64,000 bases of DNA, from NCBI GenBank assembly GCA_026770705.1, contig JANJGN010000025.1:18228001-18292000 (forward strand), read 5' to 3'. The position numbers were made by a program, and so were the translations under genes. Positions 25,714 to 37,084 of the stretch are shown one piece after another (positions within the stretch are counted from its first letter, which is position 1; every line of letters begins with the position of its first letter). Source of the stretch: Isurus oxyrinchus. Lineage: Eukaryota. The notes beneath the pieces are model-generated. The model was given only the letters and a program-made list of their open reading frames with translations. It did no database searches and was not told the DNA's origin.

Positions 25714-25837
25714 GTGATGCACACCACTATACTTGGGAAGTTTATGCAATTCTACTGTACAATTAATAACCCCAAACCACAAACTGTTACAAAAACAACT
25801 GAATCACCTTGCAATATAGATTTGCAAATTAACTTAC

Positions 25838-26024
25838 GTCTGAAGGTACATGACAAGGGAAGCATTCTGCAGCCCCACAGGATTACAGCGAACAGTATAG
25901 TTGATCATTGCTGCAGCAGTAAAGGCTGGCTTCCCCCATTGTAAGGAAATGGAAGATGAGCTGTTGGCTTTTGCGTACAAGTGATGAGGTGGAGGTGGAG
26001 GAGGCACCATGCGATCCCGAACAG
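25838..26024 (-). CDS. PRTG: Protogenin coding exon (proline-rich linker and FN3)
   Basis: [32 protein letters not shown]...LVMYLQT; acceptor tgatAG, donor GTaagt; 187 nt. Confidence 0.95.
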
Positions 26025-27079
26025 CTATCAAATAAGAAAATAGCTTAATTTATCTACTTGGGGCTTTACAAACATATTTAATGCTTGCAGTTTTTCATTA
26101 AATCAGAAGTGTGGTTCAAATTTTCATTTGAAGCCCCACACCATGAGAAATGTGTGGGTTTTCCACAAGTATTTATCAACTTGAAAAAAGGAATAACTGT
26201 TTCTATGGAGAACAGCTGCAAGCAAATTCTGTACTCAGGGGACAAGATGCTATCAGCCCCCTCAGAAATGGCCAACAAATTCATCAAGAAAGGTCCTTAA
26301 AGTATGTGTGTTGGTTAGCTGAATTGGAACCACATATGCACCTTGGTCAAAATATCCATCAGTTTTCCAAACATATTGAACAATAAGAGCATATTATCAA
26401 GCTCTGTAGCAAAACCAATGTATTTAAAAGGAAACTTTAGGGTGATTAAAAAGATGAAACATATTTAGTAAAATACTGAAGATTTTGCCAAACCTACTAA
26501 ACAGTAAAAGAATGCTTTAAATTGAAAGTTGTGCAAAACGCAGAGACAGAAATGGTTTAAACTCAGACAAAAATAGTCTCCAATTTACTGAATCACTGGG
26601 TATTGGTGTACTACTCAGTTGCTGACAATTTAGATTTGGAGTTTTGCAACAAGTTACACTTCTCAGCAGCTCAAGAATTGGAATTCAAACCAATTTTCTT
26701 CCACAAAATGTTATTTTCTGCAGTTTTTGTTTTCTGCTTAGCCAAAATTAAAATATTATTTATAAAACACAAAACAGGTTCATATAAATCAGAAATGATT
26801 CACTAGAAGTGCTGGTGATTCTGAAATAACTAACAGCCAGTTAGTCATGACTGTTAGGGTGTCTTTGTTTACAAATAGCACTAGTGACAAGAAATCTCAT
26901 TTAATGTTTAGCTATCTGAATTAATGATTTGGGGAAGAGGATTGTAGCATTCTGGCAATGCTGCCTTAAATTATAGAGCTTTCCAAGTTTAAAGGTTACT
27001 GGATTTTTCTGGAGATAATTTGTTCAATGTTTGATACTCTGCACAACTCTAAATGTAGAATTAAAAACAAATCACTTAC

Positions 27080-27175
27080 AGACACATCCTGGGGTGCTTA
27101 CAGTTTGGTCTGCCTGGTAGCCTTCACCCATATAATTATACGCCAGCAAACGCATATGATACTTCCTTCGAGGAT
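27080..27175 (-). CDS. PRTG: Protogenin coding exon (FN3 C-terminal part); missed by the ORF track
   Basis: Manual translation [32 protein letters not shown](S); acceptor tttAG, donor GTaagt; 96 nt, phase 1-1. Confidence 0.95.
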
Positions 27176-27689
27176 CTAAAGTTTGAAAGCACAGTTGGTT
27201 TATTAAAGACTTCTGTACACTCCCATTTTGGGTCATCAAGTATTTGTATTGTCAAGCATCTGCTTGCTTAGACGCTCTGTCCTGTTGTCATAGATTAGAA
27301 GAATATCTGCTGCTCAGCATCATTTAGCCTGCAGAATAATTTTTAGTAATTCATATACAAATCTGGAAAGTATAAAAGCCATAAGCTAAAAAAGTATAAC
27401 TTCTGTGGGAAAAAAAAAGCGATTTCAGATGTCATGCCCTTTCATGGATGATCTAAACATGGTCTATAACAGGGGAAAAAACATCAATAACATAAGGAAA
27501 GTTACAAAAACTCAATGGTCCTGAAGTTCAGTGTCCTTCCATATTTAACATGTGCTATTTTCTGCTTTTTGAGAGTCAAACTTTCCTCTGCTCTCAACTA
27601 TATCTCAAACTGAAAATATCATAGAATGTAAGCATAATAGAAAACGGGCCTTTCACTAAACACCCGGAAAACTAAGGTCCTTAAAATCT

Positions 27690-28010
27690 GATGACAAAAA
27701 AGGCGGCCCAATAGCAGCATCCTCTCCCAAGCCAACTTGTCCAGCACCAAGGCGTTAATTATTCAAAACCCGCTCCACTAGGCAGGACATGTTATTCGTA
27801 CACCAAACACCCAAGCAACTGCTCTACTCAGAACACTGTTGCAGCAAAAGAATCTCAGGAGAACAGCGGAAACGCTTTAGGGTTGTCCTTAAAGCATCCC
27901 TGAAGAGGTCAAACATCCCTGCCAACTCATGGGAGACCCTGGCTTGTAATAACCAAAATGAAGTAGGTTCATTTGGCATGGCACTGAACATCGAGGGGCC
28001 TTGTTGGGAT
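27690..28010 (+). mobile_element. RTE-clade LINE C-terminal fragment
   Basis: PKQLLYSE...GEQRKRFRVVLKASLKRSNIPANSWETLA, typical RTE/BovB-like ORF end. Confidence 0.7.
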
Positions 28011-28147
28011 CAGTTCAACTGCCTATTTTTCTCAAATTCATTCATATTCACTGCACTATTTATTAGGCACATCAGTTGCAATTCGCTTTCAACAAACATA
28101 ATATTGAGACCCAGTGATGCATCCTGAATAAGCATTTGAATCCATAT

Positions 28148-29610
28148 GTGCCCCACCGAGTGTGCCTGACTTGAGAAGAAAATGGGGTAAAATTGGTGGG
28201 CAGAAAAGAGAGATAATCTTAATTTATTGTCAAGCTAATTGGGAGTTATAAACTAATTTAAGCTTTAAGTTTCATAGGACAGCTGTATTTAAAAAATCCA
28301 TAACACTTGCTAATTAAATAAATTTGAATTCTGGTGAAAAATTCATCTAAATACTTCAACTTAAAAAAAAATTCATGCAAAAGCAGAGTGTGCATACAAC
28401 ATAGCTATTTGCACATAAGAAGTATTCTAATTACAAGTCATGTTGCCATTTTAAGCTGGCAGGTATGAATGAGCATTCAAATCAGCACTAGTGTCTCTTC
28501 TATCACTGCTGGTTTAGCATGAGAGAATCTATAGCAGTAAAGGTGTAATTTTGGGTTCCAGTCTGTTAATTCCAAGGAAAACGTTATTGGGCATTGCTGC
28601 AAATAACTTTTTTCAAACATAATATACTTTCAAGGAGTCTCCTGAATTATGAAGAAAACTAGCTTGAACATTCATGCAAAAAAAGTCAAACTTTGCCGTT
28701 AGCAACAAACAATCACATTAAATAAACTAGGAAATTATCTTTAGCATCTGCGTACTTGAGCATTTTTCTCACTATTAAACTAAAACATTGTTCTTAAAAG
28801 TATGAAGTAAATAAAAAATAAAAGTATGGGTAACTAGCTCATGGATCTGCCTACAAAACAACTTATCTACAAGGGACCCCTGCTACTTGTTGAATGCCAG
28901 AAGATGGCCCCACTAACCATTTATCATACTGTCAAATGGCTTAAAAATGTCTGCTGGCCTCCCGAGTGGTCATCCAGAACCGGTCACTGTTCCATTAAAT
29001 GGAGACAAGTGAAGGTCTAATGTCAACACAGAATTGCCCTTCCTCAGAGAGAGATACTGCTCACAGCAATAGTTTACACAATGCATCTTAACACATGAGG
29101 CCTCTCTTTGTAAATGCAACCAATCCATCATTCCACAGCTCCATAAAGTTTAAGATTTTCTTATCCACAATTGCGAAGCACTGGTATTTATCATTCTGAT
29201 GACCTTTACACACTATAGTGGGGGTATTTATAGAAACTGAAGCCTACACAACATCCACTTTGAATACAAATTTCTTTAGAAAATACAAAATGGGTAAGGA
29301 ATCAGTTTATTAACAAGCTGTAACTGAAATACAGCGAGCAACCATCAAGCAGAGCTATCTGAAACAAAAAAGAAACACATGGTCCCCTCAAAGAAACTTC
29401 AAGGCTGCTTAATGAATTCAAATTTATTTAATTAGCAAGTGTAATGGATTTTTTAAATACAGCTGTCCTATGAAACTTAAAGCTTAAAATAGTTTATAAA
29501 TCCCAATTGGCTCGACAACAAATTAAGATTTTCTCTCTTTTCTGCCCACCCCACCCCCAAACCAATTTTATCTCATTTTCTTCTCAAGTCAGGCACACTC
29601 GGTGGGGCAC
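28148..29610. repeat. Inverted duplication: arms 28148-28331 and 29414-29610
   Basis: Directly alignable reverse complements over ~185 bp with few differences. Confidence 0.9.
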
Positions 29611-29885
29611 AGGCCCATCAGTGTCAGCAGCCTTCTGGCACCTCAGCAAAGTGAGACTCGAGGATAAATGTCAATAGGGTACTTGATCATGAGAATATCC
29701 ATGCCGGAGCACTTTCCAGCAGAGGTCACTAGATAGCAATCAGGAGCACGAACCTAGCTGATATTTCTCCTCCTTAGCCAGAGGCACTGAGGATAATTGT
29801 AGCACCACCCCAGTACCACGCTTACTAAGATAAGCTAACCAGAGCACAGTCCATATGGGTCAGTAACACCACAAACCACTGGGTG
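29580..29885 (-). mobile_element. Old SINE-like repeat; related copies at ~10065-10410 (+), ~49490-49850 (-) and ~60530-60720 (-)
   Basis: Shared GGTCACTAGATAGCAATCAGGAGC...GGCACTGAGG..AATTGTAGCA...TAAGCTAAC..AGCACAG block; family not identified. Confidence 0.5.
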
Positions 29886-31100
29886 AGAAAGCTGCGTTTT
29901 AAATTTCTTTACGTATCTATTAATTATACTTAACAACTTATCACCGTCATAATGAATGGCAGGATTAATTGGTTAACAGTACAAAGTTAATGCTGAAACT
30001 TTTCAGATTATCGTAACTTCTTTTCTCTGCAAAGGTCTTCAATTATAATTTTTAAAAAGTTAACAGGTTGGTGATTATTCAGACAATTCCACAGGGTGAG
30101 AGGGTGCAGATTCATTCCTGGCATTCAGTCCTAATCTAGCCAATCTAGTCAAGGGAAAGAAAACTGGAGGAGGAATCATTGGGCTGCTGATTCACAATGT
30201 CTGGAAGCAGACAACCCTTTCGATATATCGGCTTAAAACGACTTAATGGGGAAAATGTTGGGAAAACTGGAGGGTGCATGTCTGTGTAAATTCTCTTCAC
30301 TGAAAAGATTAAATAATTATATTGACAAATTACACATTCTACAATGCAAAGCACGTCTACTTAGCTTTTAGGTAAAATAATGTTTTAATTAAAGATAATT
30401 ATTGGCCTGTGAAGTGGATGAGAAGTACATTGTAACATTTTTAAATTTTCATTGAAACAAATGAACAACAAATATAAAATTGCCAAACCAGCAATATATT
30501 GCTGTGCGAAGGTGCAACAATCAGTACAGTAGCTCACAAAGAATAGCAGAAGTGTTCTCACACCAGTTTTGATACAAGTCATCAAAAATGTAAGTTTTTT
30601 TTAAGGTTTTCTGAGCACAATAAAAAATGGCAATAGTGAAACACCCAATAAAAATCAGCTGAAGTAAATAAGCGTGTGAAAATGGTTGACTTTTTCCTCT
30701 AACTTGGATATGCAGAGCTCCCATTACACAGCAATACGTCTGTGGCTGTTAATGGATCATCTAAAACAAAAGTGCAGCTTTTGCTGTTTTAATGGTTTCT
30801 GGTAACCAGATAACCTACAGGAGGGCTTAGATGCAGAACACTTGTAGTGCGTTCAAATAATCCCCATAAAACCTGAGAGCCATCACTTATCAGGCGATCT
30901 ACTAGAGACCATTATTTATTATACACCATCTATGTTAAAAGTTCAAACAGTGGTAACAGTGGAAATCTTTACTTAAGACGGTGTGTTATCTTAAAGGTAA
31001 ATGACTATGGAGTTAATGCTGCACTATTATTGTCTTCACCATTACAGAGATGACCTTTCTGTTAAATCCTGCTGGAGATGATCCTCTGTCCTCATATAGA

Positions 31101-31240
31101 AAATAAAAACAGAAGAGTCATACAGACTCGAAACATTAACTCTAATTCTCTCTCCGCAGAAGCTGTCAGACCTGCTGAGTTTTTCCAGCATTTTCTATTT
31201 TTATTTCAGATTTCCAGTATCCGCAGTATGTTACTTTTAT
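31101..31240 (+). mobile_element. Family A insertion (single arm)
   Basis: GAAGAGTCATACAGACTCGAAACATTAACTC...CCTGCTGAGTTTTTCCAGCATTTTC, matching the 40094 copy. Confidence 0.75.
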
Positions 31241-31925
31241 CTTTGTCCCCTTGTTGCTTTTACTTCAAATCCACACACTATAACTTTAAAGGAACAAAAG
31301 TGTCTCAGAACAGTTCCGAACGATCCAACATACGGTTACACACGCGAAACATTGTAAGTAGCCAGTGGAACCTGCACTACATTTCTAAACTAAAGGCACA
31401 TTAAAAATAAACCAAGTGACAGGAATATACAGACAAGGTATGATTTATTTTGCAGGAGAACATAAAGTCACAGATGACTTTTAACGATCATTTAATTAGC
31501 CATTAATAATTTTCAGTTCAAACTGGAGTCATCTATTGAAATGACTTGTGCGACGGTAACACAGATATTGATGTTTTTTGGACTCGATGCTTGGTGCAAT
31601 ACTGAATTTGTTTCTCTGGGTCAAAGATTCTTCTGTAAAGAAAACTGAACTATGGGGAAAGGAAAAGGCAGTTGGCTGTGAAAAGCACAGTTCAAATATG
31701 AATGGAACAGGAGGTCAGGGAAAAAAATAAAGACACACCAAGACAAGACAGTAGTGAAAATGAGATACAGGAGTTTTGAGGATCATAGGATGGAAACAGT
31801 AAGAAGTAGAACTCAATGCAATCACTGCAGTTATAAAAGGAAAAAGGAGAAATAGTGGGAGGGCAGCTGCAATGCCTTCAAGTGAAAGATGCAGTGCAGA
31901 GGCTTATAACTTATGTTAAACTAGT

Positions 31926-33297
31926 TTTCTTTTATTCATTCCTGGGATGTGGGCTTCGCTGGTTGGGCCAGCATTTATTGCCCATCCCTAGTTGCCCTTG
32001 AGAAGGTGGCGAACGTTGAACCGCTGCATTCAATGCGGTGTAGGTACACCCACAGTGCTGTTAGGGAGGGAATTCCAGGATTTTGACCCAGCGACAGTGA
32101 AGGAACAGCAATATAGTTCCAAGTCAGGATGGTGTGTGGCTTGGAGGGGAACTTCCAGGCAGTGGTGTTCCCATCTATCTGCTGCCCTTGTCCTTCTATA
32201 TGGTAGTGGTCGTGGGTTTGAAAGATGCTGCCGAAGGAGACTTGGTGAATTCCTGCAATGCATCTTGAAGATGGTATGCACTGCTGCTACTGTGCATTGG
32301 ACGTGGAGGGAGTGAATGTTTGTGGACATGGTGCCAATCAAGTGGGCTGCTTTGTCCTGCACGGTGTCAAGCTTCTTGAGTGTTGTGGGAGCTGCACTCG
32401 TCCAGGCAAGTGGGGAGTATTCCATCACACTCCTAACTTGTGCCTTGTAGATGGTGGACATGCTTTGGGGAACCAGGAGCAGGTGAGTTACTCAACGCAG
32501 GATTCCTAGCCTCTGATGTGCTCTTGTAGCCGCAGTATTAATATGGCTAGTCCAGTTTAGTTTCTGGTCAACGGTAACCCCCAAGATCTTGATAGTGGGG
32601 GATTCAGTGATGATAATGTCACTGAAGGAGGCATGGTTAGATTCCCTCTTGGTGGAGATGGTCATTGCAATGCATATGTGTGGTGAAAATGTTACTTGCC
32701 ACTCGTCAGTCCAAGTCTGAATATTGTCCAGGTCTTGCTGCATTTGGACATGGACTGATCACTATCTGAGGAGTTGCGAATGTCACTGAACAAAATCATC
32801 AGCGAACATCCCCACTTCTGATCTTATGATGGAAGGAAGATGGTTGGGCTGCAGCCACTACCCTAAGGAACTCCTGCAGTGATGTCCTGGAGCTGAGATG
32901 ACTGACCTCCAACAACTACAGTCTTTGTGCTAGGTATGACTCTAACCAGTGGAGAGTTCTCCCCGATTCCCATTGACTCCAGTTTTGCTGGGGCTCCTTG
33001 ATGCCACATTTGGTCAAATGCTACCTTGATGTCAAGGGCAATCACTCTCAGCTCACCTCAGGAGTTCAGCTCTTTTGTCCAGGTTTGAACCAAGGCTGTA
33101 ATGAGGTCAGGAGCTGAGGGGCCCTGGTGGAACCCAAACTGGGTGTCAGGTGAGGTTATTGCTAAGCAAGTGCCACTTGATAGCACTGTTGATGACCCCT
33201 TCCATTACTTTACTGATAATCGAGTGTAGACTGTTGGGGCAGTAATTGGCTGGGTTGGATTTGTCCTGCTTTTTGTGTGAAGGTCATACCCAGGCAA
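31926..33297 (-). mobile_element. 5'-truncated CR1-group LINE, same family as 7575-9058
   Basis: ALDIKVAFDQMWHQG, QQDLDNIQTW, YKAQVRSVMEYSPLAW; colinear with the 7575 copy. Confidence 0.9.
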
Positions 33298-33676
33298 CAA
33301 CACAGAGCGCAGGAACATGTATTTTCCCCTCAGTTTTGTCCTGCAAACAGCAACCATTGCACTTCCTTGCAGTAACTGATGAAATCAGTCACCTCGGCAC
33401 AGAGCAGCATCAACCTCAACATCATCTTGATCTATTTTGCACCATCCCTCCTGCACCAATAGGAAAGTAAATCCATATTCTAGCAAGAAGCCAAGAAAAT
33501 TAAAGAAGAAACAAAGTAACTTTATCATTTCAGCCAACCAGCTGATACAATTTGCTATCAGGTCCACAAAGAGTTATTTTGTCAGATAAAAAAGAGAGAC
33601 TGGCTAAAAAGAGTGAAGGTCCACAAACTGTCTTTTGCTTCAATGAGGGAGTACCATACACAGTTTACACCTAAGC

Positions 33677-34072
33677 CAGAGCTTCCCACACCGTGGGCCG
33701 TGATCTCCAGTCAGTTTGAGACACGAAATTTTGGCTGCCCCGGAGCTCCGGCCGAGTGTTAACAGCTATGAGGCCCCTTTAAATCCGTGTGTTTTTTTAA
33801 TGGTGGGACTGGCCTAACCGATCCTCGAGGCCTGATTTCTGCTCTAAAAAAAAGTCAGTGAAAAGGTAGGTGCTATCTATTTAAAAGCCCTGCAGTTTAA
33901 ACAGCTCTTCGGCACCACCCCCCCCCCTCCCCCACCGCCCCCCTTACCCTCCCCACCCCCCATTGCTCTCACAGTTGTGCCCCACCCGCCCCATCTGGCT
34001 CACACTCTGGGATCACGGCAATTTTCAAGCCTCAAAATAGGGTCACAGTGGGAAAAAGTTTGGGAAGCACAA
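33677..34072. mobile_element. hAT (Charlie-like) MITE
   Basis: Perfect 8-bp TSD ACCTAAGC (33669-33676, 34073-34080); imperfect TIRs CAGAGCTTCCCACAC / GTTTGGGAAGCACAA. Confidence 0.8.
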
Positions 34073-35084
34073 ACCTAAGCTATTGATTAAAAGAAACAAG
34101 TCAATTCCTGAGCCAGCTGGTGTGCTGCAACAAATCTCTGCACAGCTCAGCATCTCGCTATTAGTGCGTAAAAAACCCAGAATAAAGCCATCACTGAAGA
34201 CCCCATTGATCTTTCCAACAGCTGAAGTTGCAGAACTTCCCTGCCATCAAGTACAAACAGTATCATCCCAGATTAGAGCAAGACTCTCACAAACACAGAA
34301 CCGCACAGTGTGTTGCACACAACCATCTTACAGTAGATCTCACTAATTGAGAATTTTATGTATATATTGAAAACAAAAAATATTTTTATTAAATCCAGCA
34401 GCAAACTTAGGATCTTGCTTTACAATTAAACTTCTATTACCATAATACTGCTTACCAAATTCCAAATTAAAAAGTTTCTTCCCATTTGTTCAGATTTTAG
34501 ACTCAAAGGGACAGACAACTCATTTGGAAAGAAGTATTGAAGTTTAAATAAACCAACTAATATGTGGATTCTGAGAACCGAGAACGAACATCAAGACTAC
34601 AGAGAGTGATCTGATATTGGAGATAATGCGTTCTAGAGTTGCAGAATGAAGTTGCTTGCTTCCTCACTCCTGAGACTTCAAGTCTGTTGAATCTCTCAAA
34701 CTAATGAGACACAGTCTCAAAGGATTTTTAAGAGTCTTTAATATTTTAAAGCATGTCGCAGTTCATTAAGCACAATCTTCTGCATGAATTCAGTCACTCG
34801 GATGCAATCTAGAGCATCAGTACAGCAGAGGCAAAATTTAATTGCTTGTCCATTCTGTAAGGGAAGCCCCAAGGACCGCTAACATTTCAAGGCAACTTAA
34901 ACAGATCACACAAGATCAGATTACTAACTATTGTACTTTAGTTCTTTATAAAAGAAATCTAGACCCAAAATCACGAATGTTGCTTTGAATGCGAACCAGG
35001 ATGGAAATATTAAATATTCATATGAACATCACTGTGCCTAGGCCCTGCCAGCTTCACTCCAGAGATAACAACTGCAATTTTCCT

Positions 35085-35640
35085 TTTTCCTGTGCCTTTG
35101 ATATTTTTTCTTCCAAATGTTTATCTAAATTCCTCTCTAAACATGTAAATCATGTTGGTTTCAATAGCCACTTGTGATAATGCATTCAAAGCTTTAATAG
35201 TGCATTATATGATTTTTTTTTTAAGTGTTCCTCTCCATGCTTCAAGCGCTAGTCCTAAACATGTGCCCTCTTGCTATTAATTATTGGCCAGCGGTAATAA
35301 TCATGCACCATCTTACCTTCTCAAACTCATTCACATTCCATCTTTCCCATGGCATCAACATCCTCTCTCTAATGGGACACCCCAAACTGCACACCAGTAT
35401 TCAGCTGAGTTTAAATAATGGTCCTCAAAAAATTCATCACCCTCTCCTAGCTTTTGTACTTACTGCCCCTATGCGTAAAGCCGGGAATCGCACTTGGCCT
35501 ATTTATGGCTTTTTCTACTTGAAATCCTGCTTTTGAAGATTGGTGCATCTGTGCCCCTACAACTCTCAATTCTTCTGCTTTATAAGATTTATTTCACTAT
35601 CTTTCCCATTGTCCTTTTTTCACAAAATACACCACTTCAA
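35085..35640 (-). mobile_element. Highly degraded CR1 fragment
   Basis: CCCAAACTGCACACCAGTATTCAGCTGAG and flanks similar to the 45935-47170 copy. Confidence 0.5.
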
Positions 35641-36939
35641 TATTAATGAGAGGGGCACGATTTTATATGAGAAAAATATCTATCCCATTGCTTTAAAAGA
35701 AACAAAACCTTGTGTAAAAATTAAAACATTATCCATTTGTTGTCAAGTAGAAAAAGTTGGAATTTATTGAAAATAATCAAGTCAATAGATGGCAAGAATC
35801 AACTTTGCAAGTTTCAATGTGGTTCTTTTATAATTCTCAATTGGATACAGGGAAATAATCAACAAGCCCGAACTGTGACCCAGTAGCTTCTAGCATTATC
35901 CTTCAGCACCTTGGTGCATACCCAACAATCAGGACAAGATCTGCCCAGGCCTATTTTTGGGATTGCCAGTTGTTACACTGTACCCAAATGGGAATTAAAG
36001 AAACACACAAAGACATGCAAAGCTCAGTGCTTCATGTCCACTTTTGGGTTACTTCTCCCCCATTTTCACATCTAAACTAGCCCCACACCCTCGGCAACCA
36101 CTCCAATACTCCCTCTTATTTAGAGAAGTGTCTTGGTCACTGCTCTTAGCACCATCCCAGGTTTAGATGAGAAGTTTATATTGGTCCCCACTAAGTCAAT
36201 GGATAAAGCTGCTGTGTAAATGGGGCATGCAGGAATCTTCGCCTGTGTAGAATAAGTTGATCTCAGCTCGATAAGATGGAAATGCTACACTGCACTTCAG
36301 TTTCCAAAGGGCAAAAAAAAATCTTGCATTTCTAAAGCACCGTTAGGAATAATCCAAGGCTGAATCACAGGATTTGTTGCATGATTGCAATTTATAGTTT
36401 AAAAAAAAAATCTTCCTTAGTATGTTAGGTTTTTGAAAAAGATTAAAATTTTCACATGGTATACTTTTTTTTTCAACTGCACTATCAGCAAGGTTTCTAT
36501 GAAATGTCTACTGGTGTGAAAACATGGTATATATTGCTGGTGTGGTCATTTAAGACCTTTCAATGGCCTATGGCAACATTTTGCTGCACTGTCTTCAATA
36601 CTCCACAGTGACACAGCGCATGGTTTGTGGCACCAGTCTGCCAGATTAGAAGGCTACAGCCACACTTTAAAAAAAAAATTAGGAAAAATTCAGTTTTAAG
36701 CTCTCCCACAGGTCCAGTAGGTAAAGATATCACCAAATCTTATCCCAAGCAACAGAGACCCAAAAGCCTCATGTTTGATTTCAGCCACAGTGCAAGTTGC
36801 AATGCTACAATTGTGCCAACGCCCCTCAGTTAGGTGAGCGCAGTTGGGAGGGTATGGGGGAGGTGAGCATAAATTAGTCAGAGCTCCCATTATTGATCAC
36901 CATCCAACGACTTGTGTCTAACAGTTTAGGTTTTTTAGT

Positions 36940-37084
36940 TCTAGTTCTGTCGAAGGGTCATGAGGACTCGAAACGTCAACTCTTTTCTTCTCCGCCGATG
37001 CTGCCAGACCTGCTGAGTTTTTCCAGGTAATTCTGTTTTTGTTTTGGATTTCCAGCATCCGCAGTTTTGTTTTGTCTTTATATA
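36940..37084 (+). mobile_element. Family A insertion with a 15-bp TSD and a near-complete hammerhead motif
   Basis: TTTAGGTTTTTTAGT at 36925-36939 and 37085-37099; AGTT-CTGTCGA-A-GGGTC ATGAG GACTC-GAAAC-GTC-AACT at 36943-36981. Confidence 0.8.
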
